Of a stretch of DNA of 64,000 bases, positions 41,497 to 52,400 are shown in pieces (position 1 is the stretch's first letter; every line of letters begins with the position of its first letter). Origin of the DNA: Diplonema japonicum (lineage: Eukaryota; Protista; Euglenozoa: Diplonemea). A model generated the notes under the pieces. The model ran no database searches, had not been told where the DNA came from, and was given only the letters and a program-made list of their open reading frames with translations. A program made the position numbers and the translations under genes. Location: the NCBI GenBank assembly GCA_964019335.1, contig OZ025698.1, positions 62,001 through 126,000 on the forward strand, in the 5' to 3' direction.

Positions 41497-44400
41497 AGGG
41501 GTCCCGCTGAGCAGGGGGGGCGTCAGATCGACGACCACGCCCCCTCTCCTGGTCTCCCGCGCATACAGCCGAGGAGACACCTTCCACATCACTTGTACGA
41601 CGTCCTCCCTTCCTTGATCCCTTCCTTACTTGAACGGATGTCGGCCAGGGACCTGCTGGGGCTGCTTGGGCTGGTTGAGACGAACCCCGGTCCACCTAAG
41701 AAGCTCCCACCCCCGAAGCCGAAGGGACTCAGGGTCCTGTCCTGGAACTGCAACGGTCTTGCCGCCAAGTGGTCAACCGTGTCCTACCACGCTGTCCTAC
41801 TGACGCTGGATATCATTATGATCCAGGAGACACACCTTAGGGAGGGGCATGAGACACCATACCTGCCTGGATACACGTCCTACAGGAGGGACCGCACAAC
41901 ACCGGTGACGGACGGCTCTGCGACGAGAGGCGGTGGTGTCATCACGTATGTCCGTGACTGCCTTGCCTCGGAGGAAGCTCCTTTCGTACTCCCTGAAGGT
42001 GACAGTGTCACCGAGCGATTAGACGTGAGGATCTCCTGTGTGAAGCGCGTCCCGGTCACCCTCTCCAACGTGTACCTCACGCCTGTGAGTATAAGCAGAG
42101 GGACAAGGGACCCCGAGTACCTACGGCCGGGCAGCCTACCTGTGGGGAAGAACACGATCGTTGCTGGCGACTTCAACGCACACCACAGCTCTTGGGATGC
42201 CAAGGTGACAACGCCCAACGAAAGGGGGAACGTGGTCAGGGACTGGCTTGACACCCACGGCTACACCGTCTACAACAACCGTGACGAGCCGACGCGGGAC
42301 TCACCGCCACGCGTTCTGGACCTGGTGGTGGGACGTTGTGCGGAACTGGAGCCGAGGACGTTGGGGACGTGGGGCTCTGATCACAGCCCGGTTTCCTTCC
42401 GCCTGCCGCTTGAGGACGCCTACTGCTCGGAGCGACCCTGCCCTACCTGGAACTTCAAAAAGGCCAGGTGGGACGACTTCACCGCGGCCGCCGCTGCCCT
42501 TCTGACCAAGATCGACACGAAGGCCCACATTGACTCCTTCACGAAGGAGGTTACAGAGGCTCTTCTGCATGCAGCTGACGACCACATTCCGCTTTGCGGA
42601 GTGCGACGAGGCCCGACCCCCTGGTGGACGGCCGAACTCGAAGACGCCTTCGAAGAACGGAACGCCCTGCGGGATCGCTTCCTCAAGTCGGCTGAGACTG
42701 AGGACGACAGCGTGGCGGCGGTCTACAAGGCGAAGGTCAAGGAGGTAAACCAACTCATGACCGAGTCGAAGCGCGCGGCCTGGGGTGAGATGGCGGCTGA
42801 CCTCAGTCGGAGCAAGGACCTCGGGTCTGCGTTTAGGGCGGTGAAGAAGCTGGACGGCAGACACCGCAGACCGCACCTTCCCATTCTCGAGGGGAGGTTC
42901 GTGACGGACAAGGCGAAAGCCGACCGCCTGGGGGCTCACTTCGGCAAGCTCTACGGCCAGGGTGGTGATGGGGACGCGGTGGACGTAGCTCCTTCGACGA
43001 ACGTGCTTGGGTGCCACGCCTTTACGGTGTATGATCTCACCCGCGGTCTGGGAAGGATGAAGACACGCAGTGCAGCGGGTGATGATGGCATCTTCGCGGA
43101 GATGCTTCTCCACCTCGACCAACCCTCGCTCGGGGTTCTACTTCTGCTCCTCAATCGCTCATGGCAGGCGGGGATCGTGCCGGGTGCCTGGAAGAAGGGG
43201 GTGATTGTTCCAGTGGCGAAGGCAGGGAAGGACGCCACGTTGCTTGCATCGTACCGTCCCATATGTCTCACTAGCTGTCTTTGTAAGCTGCTTGAGAGGA
43301 TGATAGAGGAGAGGCTTACCTTTCTCCTAGACTCTAGCGCGTCGGGCGTTGAGGGTCTCCACGACAGCCAGGCTGGCTTCAGGAGGGGCCGCTCCACGGA
43401 GGAGCAGGTGGCGTCCCTGACCGGGTGTCTGTCGAGGAACAAAGACAGTCGGCGTCTGTCGGCTGCCCTGCTGTTTGACTTCTCATCTGCGTTTGACCTG
43501 GTTCAGCACGAAGCTCTCTTGGGCATGATGCGGAGGAAAGGGATCCCTGAGCCCTTCGTCGAATGGACGCGCTCCTTCCTCTGCGGTCGTACGGCGGCGG
43601 TCACGGTGGGTCGTTCGCGAGGGTCGACGACGAAGGTGAGGAGAGGGGTGCCCCAAGGGTCTGTGCTGGGACCCGTCCTTTACACCATCTACGTCGACGA
43701 GCTAGCCAGGTTGCTGGTTGGGATGGCGGACCTGTCGGTTCTTTATGCCGACGATGTTGCGGTGGTGGTCTCAGCCGGGCAGGGCGACCTGGCTGGTCTT
43801 GAGCGAGGGGCCCAGGCTGTGATGGACGCGGTTGAGGGCTGGTGTGGGAGACGGGGCATGCTGCTGAGCTCCAGCAAGTCGCAGGCAGTGTGCGTTCCCT
43901 ATCAGAAGCGGCTTAATGTCTACTTCTCTTCGTCGCGTGTCCCGCTTTGCCCGGGGGCCTTCCAGGACCCTGTCCTTAATCTTGGGGTTGGGGTCTGTGG
44001 GACCTTGTCTGGCGTCCGTGAGCTGTCTGGCTTTCGGGTCGTGGAGGCGGGTGGCAAACGGTCCTTCGACATTCCCGCCGCCATCCGGAGGTCCGACATT
44101 GGTTACATGGCGGCTCGCCCCTTGCCTCTATGTGGGTCGGCGAAGTATCTTGGGGTCACTGTAGACTCTGGGCTCACGTTTGACGAGCATGCGGGGGATG
44201 TCCTGAGGCGCGCTGACAAGAGGCTGAGGGTTCTAAGGCTCCTGTCGGGCACGACCTGGGGGTGCAAGAAGGCCACGCTCCGTTCACTGTACCTCACGTA
44301 CGTTCTCCCGCTACTCCGGTACTGCATGGGTGTTTACTTTGCCAGGCTCAGGGACAGCAGGGTGGAGGAGCTTGTTGGGCTCCACCAGAGAGCGGCGGTG

Positions 44401-45804
44401 CTGATCTCGGGTTGTTGGCACGGCTCGGGCACGGCGAAGGTTGTTGCTGAGGCAGGTCTGCTACCCCTCCGACAGATGGCTGAGGGAGCTGCGGCGGTGT
44501 TGACGGCGAAGTCGTTCTGCTGGAGGACCTCCCCGGTTCACCGCGAGGTCCTTGAGCAGAAGCGGATGACCGGTATGGGCAATGGGTGGCTGCGTGCGGG
44601 TATCCTTGCGCTACGACGCTGCGGACTGCAGGGGTGGACGACGCAGGAAGGCTTCAGGAAGTACGACACCTTCGAGCTACTGACTGCCTCGCCCAAAGTA
44701 GCACCGTGGCACGCGTTCCTGGTGGAGTTCAGAACTGCCCTTCCCGGCAGGGTCACGCGTTCGTCGCCGGACGTGGATAAGCGGAAGGCGGCCGTGGAGG
44801 CTCTGGCTGCCCTTCCACCGGGTATCCATGCCTATACGGATGGTTCTGTCGTACGGGACCGCCAGAAGTGGAGGGGCGGTGCCGGGGTCTTCTTGCAGCT
44901 CCCCCGCCCCCACGAACCCGTGTCCGAGAGCTTCGGCGTCAGCAATTTCTGCTCTTCCTTTCGGGCGGAGGGTCTGGCTGTCAAGGTGGCTCTGGACATG
45001 GTGGCCGCGCTCCGGAGCGAGCACACCACGTTGGCAGACAGCCGGCTGTCGATCTGTACCGACTCGCTCTCTCTCCTTGATCAGCTGAGGGCAGGTCCTT
45101 CGCGGCAGAGGGAGAGGCTCGACCACGAGACCTGGGAACTGCTGGTGGCCGCGGCACGTGCACAAGGTGCACCAGTAATTCTCCAGTTTGTGCCGTCCCA
45201 CTGCGGGGTTCCTGGCAACGAGGCGGCAGACAGGCTGGCCGGGGAGGGCACGAAGCGCGAGCTGACTCGCCCCTCTCTCGACTACAGGTCGGTCAGGGCC
45301 CTGGTCCGTCGCCAGATTCAGCAGAGGTCTGCGGTCATTGTCGGGGAGGTGGCCCCGAGGTACGCGAGGGCCACGGGGCTCCGAGCGGCGTGCTTCCCCC
45401 AGTCCCTCCCCAGGCTAGCGGAGACGGTCATCTCGCGGCTGAGGGTAGGGCACTCCGCTCTCTTCTTCGGCTTCCTGCAGGCGGCTGGACCGAACAGGAA
45501 GAAGGCTGAGCTCAGCTGTCCAGCGTGTGGAGCTCGGATGTCCAGGGAGCACGTTGTTGGGGGGTGCGCTGTGGTTGGACGGGGTTCGCTCGACGCTCCC
45601 AATGGACGCCCCTCGCTGGTGGAGTGCCTGTCAAAACGCGTGACGCAGGTATTCACCCTCATCGCCGACTCTGACTTGCTTGACTGGGCCAGATCCGGGG
45701 TCTTCACGTCGCCGTCTGCGGCAACGGCAGGTACCGCTGCCCCTTCGTTCATCCCGCCGGCTGTCTCCCTTGACGCCGGCCCTGCGGCCCCCGTGTTGCG
45801 CTGA
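41497..45804 (+). CDS. Family B ORF2: linker + 2A-like LVETNPGP - APE - RT - RNase H - CCHC (first ATG 41638)
   Basis: Same motifs as A1 ORF2; intact frame. Confidence 0.92.
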   Translation, partial: RGPAEQGGRQIDDHAPSPGLPRIQPRRHLPHHLYDVLPSLIPSLLERMSARDLLGLLGLVETNPGPPKKLPPPKPKGLRVLSWNCNGLAAKWSTVSYHAVLLTLDIIMIQETHLREGHETPYLPGYTSYRRDRTTPVTDGSATRGGGVITYVRDCLASEEAPFVLPEGDSVTERLDVRISCVKRVPVTLSNVYLTPVSISRGTRDPEYLRPGSLPVGKNTIVAGDFNAHHSSWDAKVTTPNERGNVVRDWLDTHGYTVYNNRDEPTRDSPPRVLDLVVGRCAELEPRTLGTWGSDHSPVSFRLPLEDAYCSERPCPTWNFKKARWDDFTAAAAALLTKIDTKAHIDSFTKEVTEALLHAADDHIPLCGVRRGPTPWWTAELEDAFEERNALRDRFLKSAETEDDSVAAVYKAKVKEVNQLMTESKRAAWGEMAADLSRSKDLGSAFRAVKKLDGRHRRPHLPILEGRFVTDKAKADRLGAHFGKLYGQGGDGDAVDVAPSTNVLGCHAFTVYDLTRGLGRMKTRSAAGDDGIFAEMLLHLDQPSLGVLLLLLNRSWQAGIVPGAWKKGVIVPVAKAGKDATLLASYRPICLTSCLCKLLERMIEERLTFLLDSSASGVEGLHDSQAGFRRGRSTEEQVASLTGCLSRNKDSRRLSAALLFDFSSAFDLVQHEALLGMMRRKGIPEPFVEWTRSFLCGRTAAVTVGRSRGSTTKVRRGVPQGSVLGPVLYTIYVDELARLLVGMADLSVLYADDVAVVVSAGQGDLAGLERGAQAVMDAVEGWCGRRGMLLSSSKSQAVCVPYQKRLNVYFSSSRVPLCPGAFQDPVLNLGVGVCGTLSGVRELSGFRVVEAGGKRSFDIPAAIRRSDIGYMAARPLPLCGSAKYLGVTVDSGLTFDEHAGDVLRRADKRLRVLRLLSGTTWGCKKATLRSLYLTYVLPLLRYCMGVYFARLRDSRVEELVGLHQRAAVLISGCWHGSGTAKVVAEAGLLPLRQMAEGAAAVLTAKSFCWRTSPVHREVLEQKRMTGMGNGWLRAGILALRRCGLQGWTTQEGFRKYDTFELLTASPKVAPWHAFLVEFRTALPGRVTRSSPDVDKRKAAVEALAALPPGIHAYTDGSVVRDRQKWRGGAGVFLQLPRPHEPVSESFGVSNFCSSFRAEGLAVKVALDMVAALRSEHTTLADSRLSICTDSLSLLDQLRAGPSRQRERLDHETWELLVAAARAQGAPVILQFVPSHCGVPGNEAADRLAGEGTKRELTRPSLDYRSVRALVRRQIQQRSAVIVGEVAPRYARATGLRAACFPQSLPRLAETVISRLRVGHSALFFGFLQAAGPNRKKAELSCPACGARMSREHVVGGCAVVGRGSLDAPNGRPSLVECLSKRVTQVFTLIADSDLLDWARSGVFTSPSAATAGTAAPSFIPPAVSLDAGPAAPVLR

Positions 45805-46563
45805 AGTGAGTAGGGTGAGATCAACATTTCAATTCTTTTAGTGCTTACGTTCCCTTCCCCTCTCTTCCACTCCCTCTCATCCTTTTCTTTATCATCATCC
45901 GGCGTCTGGCCTTTCTCTTACCAGTATGCCCGTCCCCTTTTAAACTTTTAAATTTTTAAAATTAACATCCTCTTGTTATCGTGTGCCCTGACATTGTAGT
46001 CAAAAACGGATGGCCCGGCCTACTCTGAAGTTGCCCAGATGAGTCCTCTCATCTTCGCACGAACGAGTGTGGTACGGCCATCCCCTCCCCCCGCCAGCCG
46101 GAGTGCAGCGGGGAGAGCAAATGCTTCCCCTATCATCCCCATGCGCACACGCACACTCGCTTCCCCTTTTGATTTTGAGAGATTTTACTCTCACCCTTTC
46201 ATGTTTCGCTCAATGGAGCAAATCCCTCTCGAGGGGGCGACCGGGGCCAGTTCCGGTCACCAGAGGTCCCAGTTGAGAAAAACGACGAACTGGGGTCAAG
46301 GTCCCCGTCCGAGTCACGTAGGTCTACGCGGCTTGGAATTAAAGTAATTCAGCCCTCTTCGGCTGTTCCAAACAGGTGCACGGGTTGGCGGAGTCCACAG
46401 CTCCATCTGATTGCAGAAGAACTGGTCTTCGCCCTCCCTGTAATATTTCCATGCTTCCCTTCACCTTTCCCCTTCCCAGGTGTTGCTCCCCCATGGTGGC
46501 ACCTATTGGTATTTTGAAAAAAAAAAAAAACAGGGCGAAAAAGAAAAGAAAAGAAAAGAAAAA

Positions 46564-47517
46564 ATGGGCAAGAAGAAAGACAAGCACAAGGAGAAGGCAA
46601 AGCCGGAAGGGAACGGGGCCAGCACGCAGCTGGCCCAGTCCAAGGCCAGGGAGGAGCGGCGGGTGGAGAGGATGCTCCGCAGCGCGGGAGCAGCCGGGGA
46701 GCTGGGGCAGCTCCTGACACCGGAGCACCGGGAGAAGATGACGGGGGTGGTCACCGTAATTGACCTCCTCACGCCCGACGCCGCCGCCGCTACAGCCGGC
46801 CCAGCGACACCTGTCGCCTCCACCCCGACCGGCTCCGTCAAAAGGCCGGTTTCGCCTGACGCCAGCGTCGCCACCCCGACCTCCAGCAAAAAAGCTAGGA
46901 GGAAGGCCGCCAGAGCCGCGCGCGCTGACGCTGCCGCCGAAGCCGCACACATAGCTGACGCCACACACCCCCTCGAAGCCGCACGCACTGCGGCCGACGT
47001 CGAACTCGCGGGAATCGCTGCTGATTTGGAAGCTGCACGCGAGTCGGCCGACGTGGTAGCTGCAGAAATAGCAGCTAAGATGAAGGCTGCGCAGGAGGTG
47101 GCTGATGCTGCTGTTGTCAAAATGGCAGCCGAGACGGAAGCTGCACGCGTGGCTGGTGTGGAGGCTGCTCGCAGAGCAGTCGAGGCAGAGGAGAAGGCTC
47201 TGCGCGAGCGGTCTACTGCACGACTTGCGGCAGAGGAGAAGGAGGCTGCGCGTGCTGCGGCCGAGATGAAAGCAGCCGAGGAGAAGAAGGCTACAGCCGC
47301 AGCCGCTGCAGCCGAGAAGAAGAAAGCCGCAGCCGCCGCCGCCGCCGAGAAGAAGGCCGACGCCGAGAAGAAAGCAGCAGCCGCCGCCGCCGCCGAGAAG
47401 AAGGCCGCAGCCGCCGCCGCCGCCGAGGAGAAGGCCGCCGCCGAGAAGAAAGCCGCAGCCGCCGCCGCCGCCGCCGAGAAGAAGGCCGCTGCCGACGCCG
47501 CCAGGAAGAAAGCTGCA

Positions 47518-47548
<31 letters not shown>

Positions 47549-49485
47549 AGAAGGAGACCGCAGCCGCAGCCGCCGCCGCCGAGGAGAAGAAGAAGGTCGC
47601 AGCCACCGCCGCCGCCGAAAAGGAAGCCGCCGCAGCCGCTGCCAAAAAGGAGGAAGCTTTGAGGTTGGCGGCCGCCAAGAAGGCAGATGCCCAGAAGGTC
47701 GAGGACGAAGCAGTCGCGAACGCTTCCGCCAACGCGTCAACAGACCAAGGCACGCTCCTCCTCAGCTCAGACTCTGACACCAGCTCTGGCCCTGAGGAGA
47801 TGGAGGACGACCCTGCCCCTGCCCCTTCCACAACCCCGCGATGGGACCTGGTGCCAGACACATGGGACGCCCCGATCTACACTAACGTGTCCCCCCCGAC
47901 GGAAACATCCCGCGCTGTCATTGCGCTCGACGATCCCTCCGGAATGGGGGTCGTGTGCTCCGCGTTACCTACGGCATCCATCACCTTTGTCCTTATGACA
48001 GAGGTCCCCGGTGTCACCACCCCCAGCGAGATTGTCATGGTCTCTGGGTCGCGCGCAGTGAACAGGAGGGTCCACGTCTCCACGTTCGGGCTGGACCCCC
48101 CCACCTACACCCCGCCTTCCACCTTCAACAGCGGATCGGAGGTCGTCTACGTCTGTGTCAGTGCAGACAGCCTGAAGGAGGCGAAGGCCAGGGTCCTGGA
48201 GCTCGCCAAGGCTCAGGGCGCGGTGGTGGAGGATCGTGCGGTCTTCCGCCCAAGGAAGTTCGGTGAGGAGGAACCGCGGGCGAGGCACTGGACCCACGAG
48301 GTGGGGCTGCGCCTGCAAGCAGCACACGTCCACGCCGTCCTGCGCCGGTCCGGGGACGGGTGCATGATCCGGACGACGGAGAGACGCGGGGGGTACGCTT
48401 ATGTACCCATCGTGGCGGAAGGGAGGGCGGATGCCTTTCGGATTGCGGGGACGCTGGGTGGGTTGTCTCTCGGGGTGGCGCACCGTAAGGGATGGACTGT
48501 GCGGTGCCTACCGGAGACGGAACAGCGGCTCCGGGAAACCCTCGCAAAACTGCGTACGAAGCGCAAGTTTTTGCTCACCGGGGCCCCGCCGTCCATCACC
48601 AGGGCGGCCTTCGATGAAATGATGGACCACATCGGCTGGAAACCATCCTCCGTCCTGCGGCGCACGCAGACGATGTTCCAGGGCACGAGGCAACTCGTGT
48701 TCTTCATCGTCGTCGACAGCCCGCCCCCGAAGTCCAGGACGTGGCTCCTTGGGGGGCGCCTTGTCTGCCTCCGTGATGCGGACGACCACCCGACCGTCAA
48801 GCCGCCCCCTCTCATCAACAGGACGACACCTGCATCTGCACCTGCGCTTGCAACGTCCTCGACCCCGGCACCCACATCTTCTCATGTACCTGCACCTGCG
48901 CCTACACCTGTACCTGACCCGGCACCTGTATCGGCGTCGACACCCTCGGGGACTGACCCTGCGGTGAAAGCAACTGGGCTTCCTCCCACCAGCCCGTGGG
49001 CGTCCATACCGAGCTCGGTGGCTCCCCCCCAGCTCGACACTGTGACGTCCCCTACACCGCCCCGCAACGTGTCTGGGGGAAACAAGGAGGGGGTCCCTTC
49101 CGGGTCGCCTGAGGTCGCCGCTCTCACTGAGCTCGTCGCCACGCTGAAGGAGTCGATCGTCGGGCTGCAGAGGACGATCGACTCTCAGCAGGAGATGATC
49201 TCCGATCTGCGGACGACGCTCCGCCTCCTCCTGCCGCAGGCGGCCACGCTGACGACGGGAACGGCAGTGCCGCGGGACCCTACACCGGGGGCGACGACGA
49301 CACACGACAGTGTATGGAAAGGGAAGGGGAAGGGGAAGAAGGGGGCTCCTCCTCTCGCTACGACCTCTGAGGCTGCGGTGACGAACCTGGGTACGAGGGG
49401 GCGGGCCAGGTCGTTCGCGGAGACCAAAGATCTCTTCACCAATGGGGTCAAGGGGCGCTCTGCCTCCATGGGTCCATCCAATTGA
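46564..49485 (+). CDS. A2 ORF1; ends in a UGA in frame with ORF2
   Basis: Near-identical to A1 ORF1, with a different number of AAAAAEKK repeats. Confidence 0.85.
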
Positions 49486-52400
49486 AGGGGCCCCGCAGAA
49501 CAGGGGGGGCAGCAGATCTACGACCATGCTCCCTCTCCTAGTCTCCCTCGCATCCTCCCCAGGAGACTCCTACCTCTCTGTTTCTTCACCGACTTTTCTG
49601 CACTGATCCCCACCCTACTCGGGAGGATGTCCGTCAGGGACCTGCTGGGGCTGCTTGGGCTGGTCGAAACAAACCCTGGCCCACCCAAGAAGCTGCCGCC
49701 CCCGTCGCCTAAGGGTCTCAAGGTTGTCTCGTGGAACTGCAACGGCCTCGTTGCGAAATGGACCGTCGTATCTCGCCATGCTGACTTCTTGTCGCTGGAC
49801 ATCATCATGATACAGGAGACGCACCTGAGGGAAGGGCACGACACGCCACACCTGCCTGGGTACAGGTCATACAGGAGGGATCGGTTGACACCGGTGACTG
49901 ACGGCACTGCGACGAGGGGTGGTGGTATTGTCACGTATGTCCGCGACGATCTTGCCTCGGAGGAGGTTCCGCACGTACTCCCGGCTGGGGACTGTGTCAC
50001 TGAGAGACTGGATGTGAGGATCTCCTGCGAGAAGCGTGAGCCGATCACTCTCTCCAACGTTTACCTTACACCGGTAAGCGCGAGCAGAGGCACGAGGGAC
50101 CCTGAGTACCTGCGGCCTGGCAGCCTTCCCATGGGGAAGAACACAGTCATAGCGGGTGACTTCAATGCTCATCACAGCTCCTGGGACGCCACGGTGACGA
50201 CGCCGAACGAGAGGGGGAACGTGGTCAGGGACTGGCTGGACACCCACGGGTACACCGTCTACAACGACCGCAACGAACCGACGAGGGACTCGTCACGACA
50301 CGTTCTGGACCTGGTTGTGGGGCGCTGCGCGAAGCTTGAGCCGAAGACGCTGGGCACGTGGGGCTCCGATCATAGTCCCGTATCCTTTCACCTGCCTCTT
50401 GAGGACGTCTACCGTTCGGAGCGCCCCTTCCCCACCTGGAATTTTAAAAAAGCCAGATGGGATGACTACACTGCTGCTGTTGCCCGCCTGCTTGCTGGTG
50501 TTGACACGGCGGATCCGATTGACTCTGTCACGAAGGGGTTTACACAAGCCCTTTTGACTGCGGCGAACGACCACATTCCCCTCTGTGGGATGCGACGTGG
50601 CCCGACCCCCTGGTGGACTGCTGAGCTCGAGGACGCCTTCGAAGAGCGGAACACCCTGCGCGAACTCCTGCTTCAAGAGGCGGACGTGGTGGAGGAGTAC
50701 AGGGCGAAGGTGAAGGAAGTCAACCGACTCCTTGACGAGACGAAGCGTGAGGCATGGGGAAGGATGGCGGCCGACCTCAGCCGGAGCAAGGACCTCGGGG
50801 CTGCGTTCAGAGCGGTGAAGAAGCTGGACGGCAGGCACCGAAAGACACACCTTCCTGTACTCGAGGGAAGATTTGTGTCGGACAAGGCGAAGGCCGACCG
50901 GCTGGGGGCGCACTTCGCTAAGCTCTACGGCAGGCGTGGTGACGGGAACTCGAAGGACGCCGCTCCTTCTGCAAGCAGACTCGGGTGTCAAGCGTTCACC
51001 GTGGACGACCTCACCCGCGGCCTGAGAAGGATGAAGACGCGCAGCGCGGCCGGGGAAGACGGAATCTTCTCGGAGATGCTCCTACACCTGAACTCGGACT
51101 CCCTCGGTGTCCTCCTTCTACTCCTCAATCGCTCCTGGCTGATGGGTGTCGTCCCCGGTGCCTGGAAGAAGGGAGTGATCGTCCCGGTACCGAAACCTGG
51201 AAAAGATGCGACTCTCTTGGCTTCCTACCGGCCGATCTGCCTGACCAGCTGCCTCTGCAAGCTGCTGGAGAGGATGATCGAGGAGAGGCTCACGTTTCTT
51301 CTTGACGCGGACGGGACGGGAGTCGAGGGACTCCACGACAGCCAGGCTGGTTTCAGACGCGGCCGCTCCACGGAGGAGCAGGTGGCAACCCTCACTGAGT
51401 GCATGTCGAGGAACAAAGACGATCGACGTCTCTCGGCCGCTCTGCTGTTCGACTTCTCTTCTGCCTTCGACCTGGTGCCCCATGGTGCCCTGCTGGACAA
51501 GATGCGAGGGAAGGGTCTCCCCGAACCCTTCGTGGAGTGGACGCGGTCCTTTCTATGCGGCCGTACTGCTGCGGTCACGATTGGACGGTCGAGGGGGTCG
51601 ACGACGAAGGTGCGACGGGGTGTCCCCCAGGGCTCTGTCTTGGGTCCCATCCTGTACACCATCTACGTCGACGAACTCGCCAGGAGACTGGAGGGACTGG
51701 CGGACGTCTCGGTGCTCTACGCCGACGACGTGGCGGTTGTGATCTCCTCTGGACAAGGGGACGTGGCTGGGCTGGAGCGGAAGGCGCAGGCAGTGGTGGA
51801 TGCGGTTGAGGACTGGTGCAGGGAGCGTGACATGCTGCTGAGCACGTCCAAGACGCAGGCAGTCTGCGTCCCCCCCCAGAAACGTCTCGGGGTCTACTTC
51901 ACTTCGTCACGAGTCCCCCTTCAGCCAGGTGCCTTCCAGAACCCGCTCTTCGGCCTGGGGGTGAACGCCGATGGCACGATCTCCGGGGACCAGGAGCTGG
52001 CGGGCCTTCAGGTTGTGGAGGCGGGTGGTGTGCGGATCCGCTGCGTGCGGGACATGCATGCAGCCGTGCGACGGCCCGACGTGGACTACGTTGCGGCCCG
52101 TCCCCTGCCTCTGTCTGAACACGCGAGGTACCTTGGGGTTACGGTGGACTCTGGGCTCACGTTCGGTGAACACGCACAGGACATCCTACGGCGGGCCAGC
52201 AAAAGGCTGAGGGTGCTGAAGCTCTTGTCCGGCACGTCCTGGGGCAGCAAGAGGGACACTCTGCGGTCTCTCTACGTTACGTACATCCTCCCGCTGCTGC
52301 GCTACTGCATGGGGGTCTACTACAGCAGGCTCGATGATGTCGGGAGGAAGGACCTGGCTGGGCTTCACCAGGAGGCGGCGGTGCTGATCACGGGCTGCTG

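Larger units (their letters stand above)
39187..46530 (+). mobile_element. Full-length non-LTR retrotransposon, family B (diverged sister of family A)
   Basis: (AAAAG)n leader, ORF1, ORF2, about 710-nt 3' UTR whose last ~190 nt are homologous to family A, poly(A). Confidence 0.95.
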
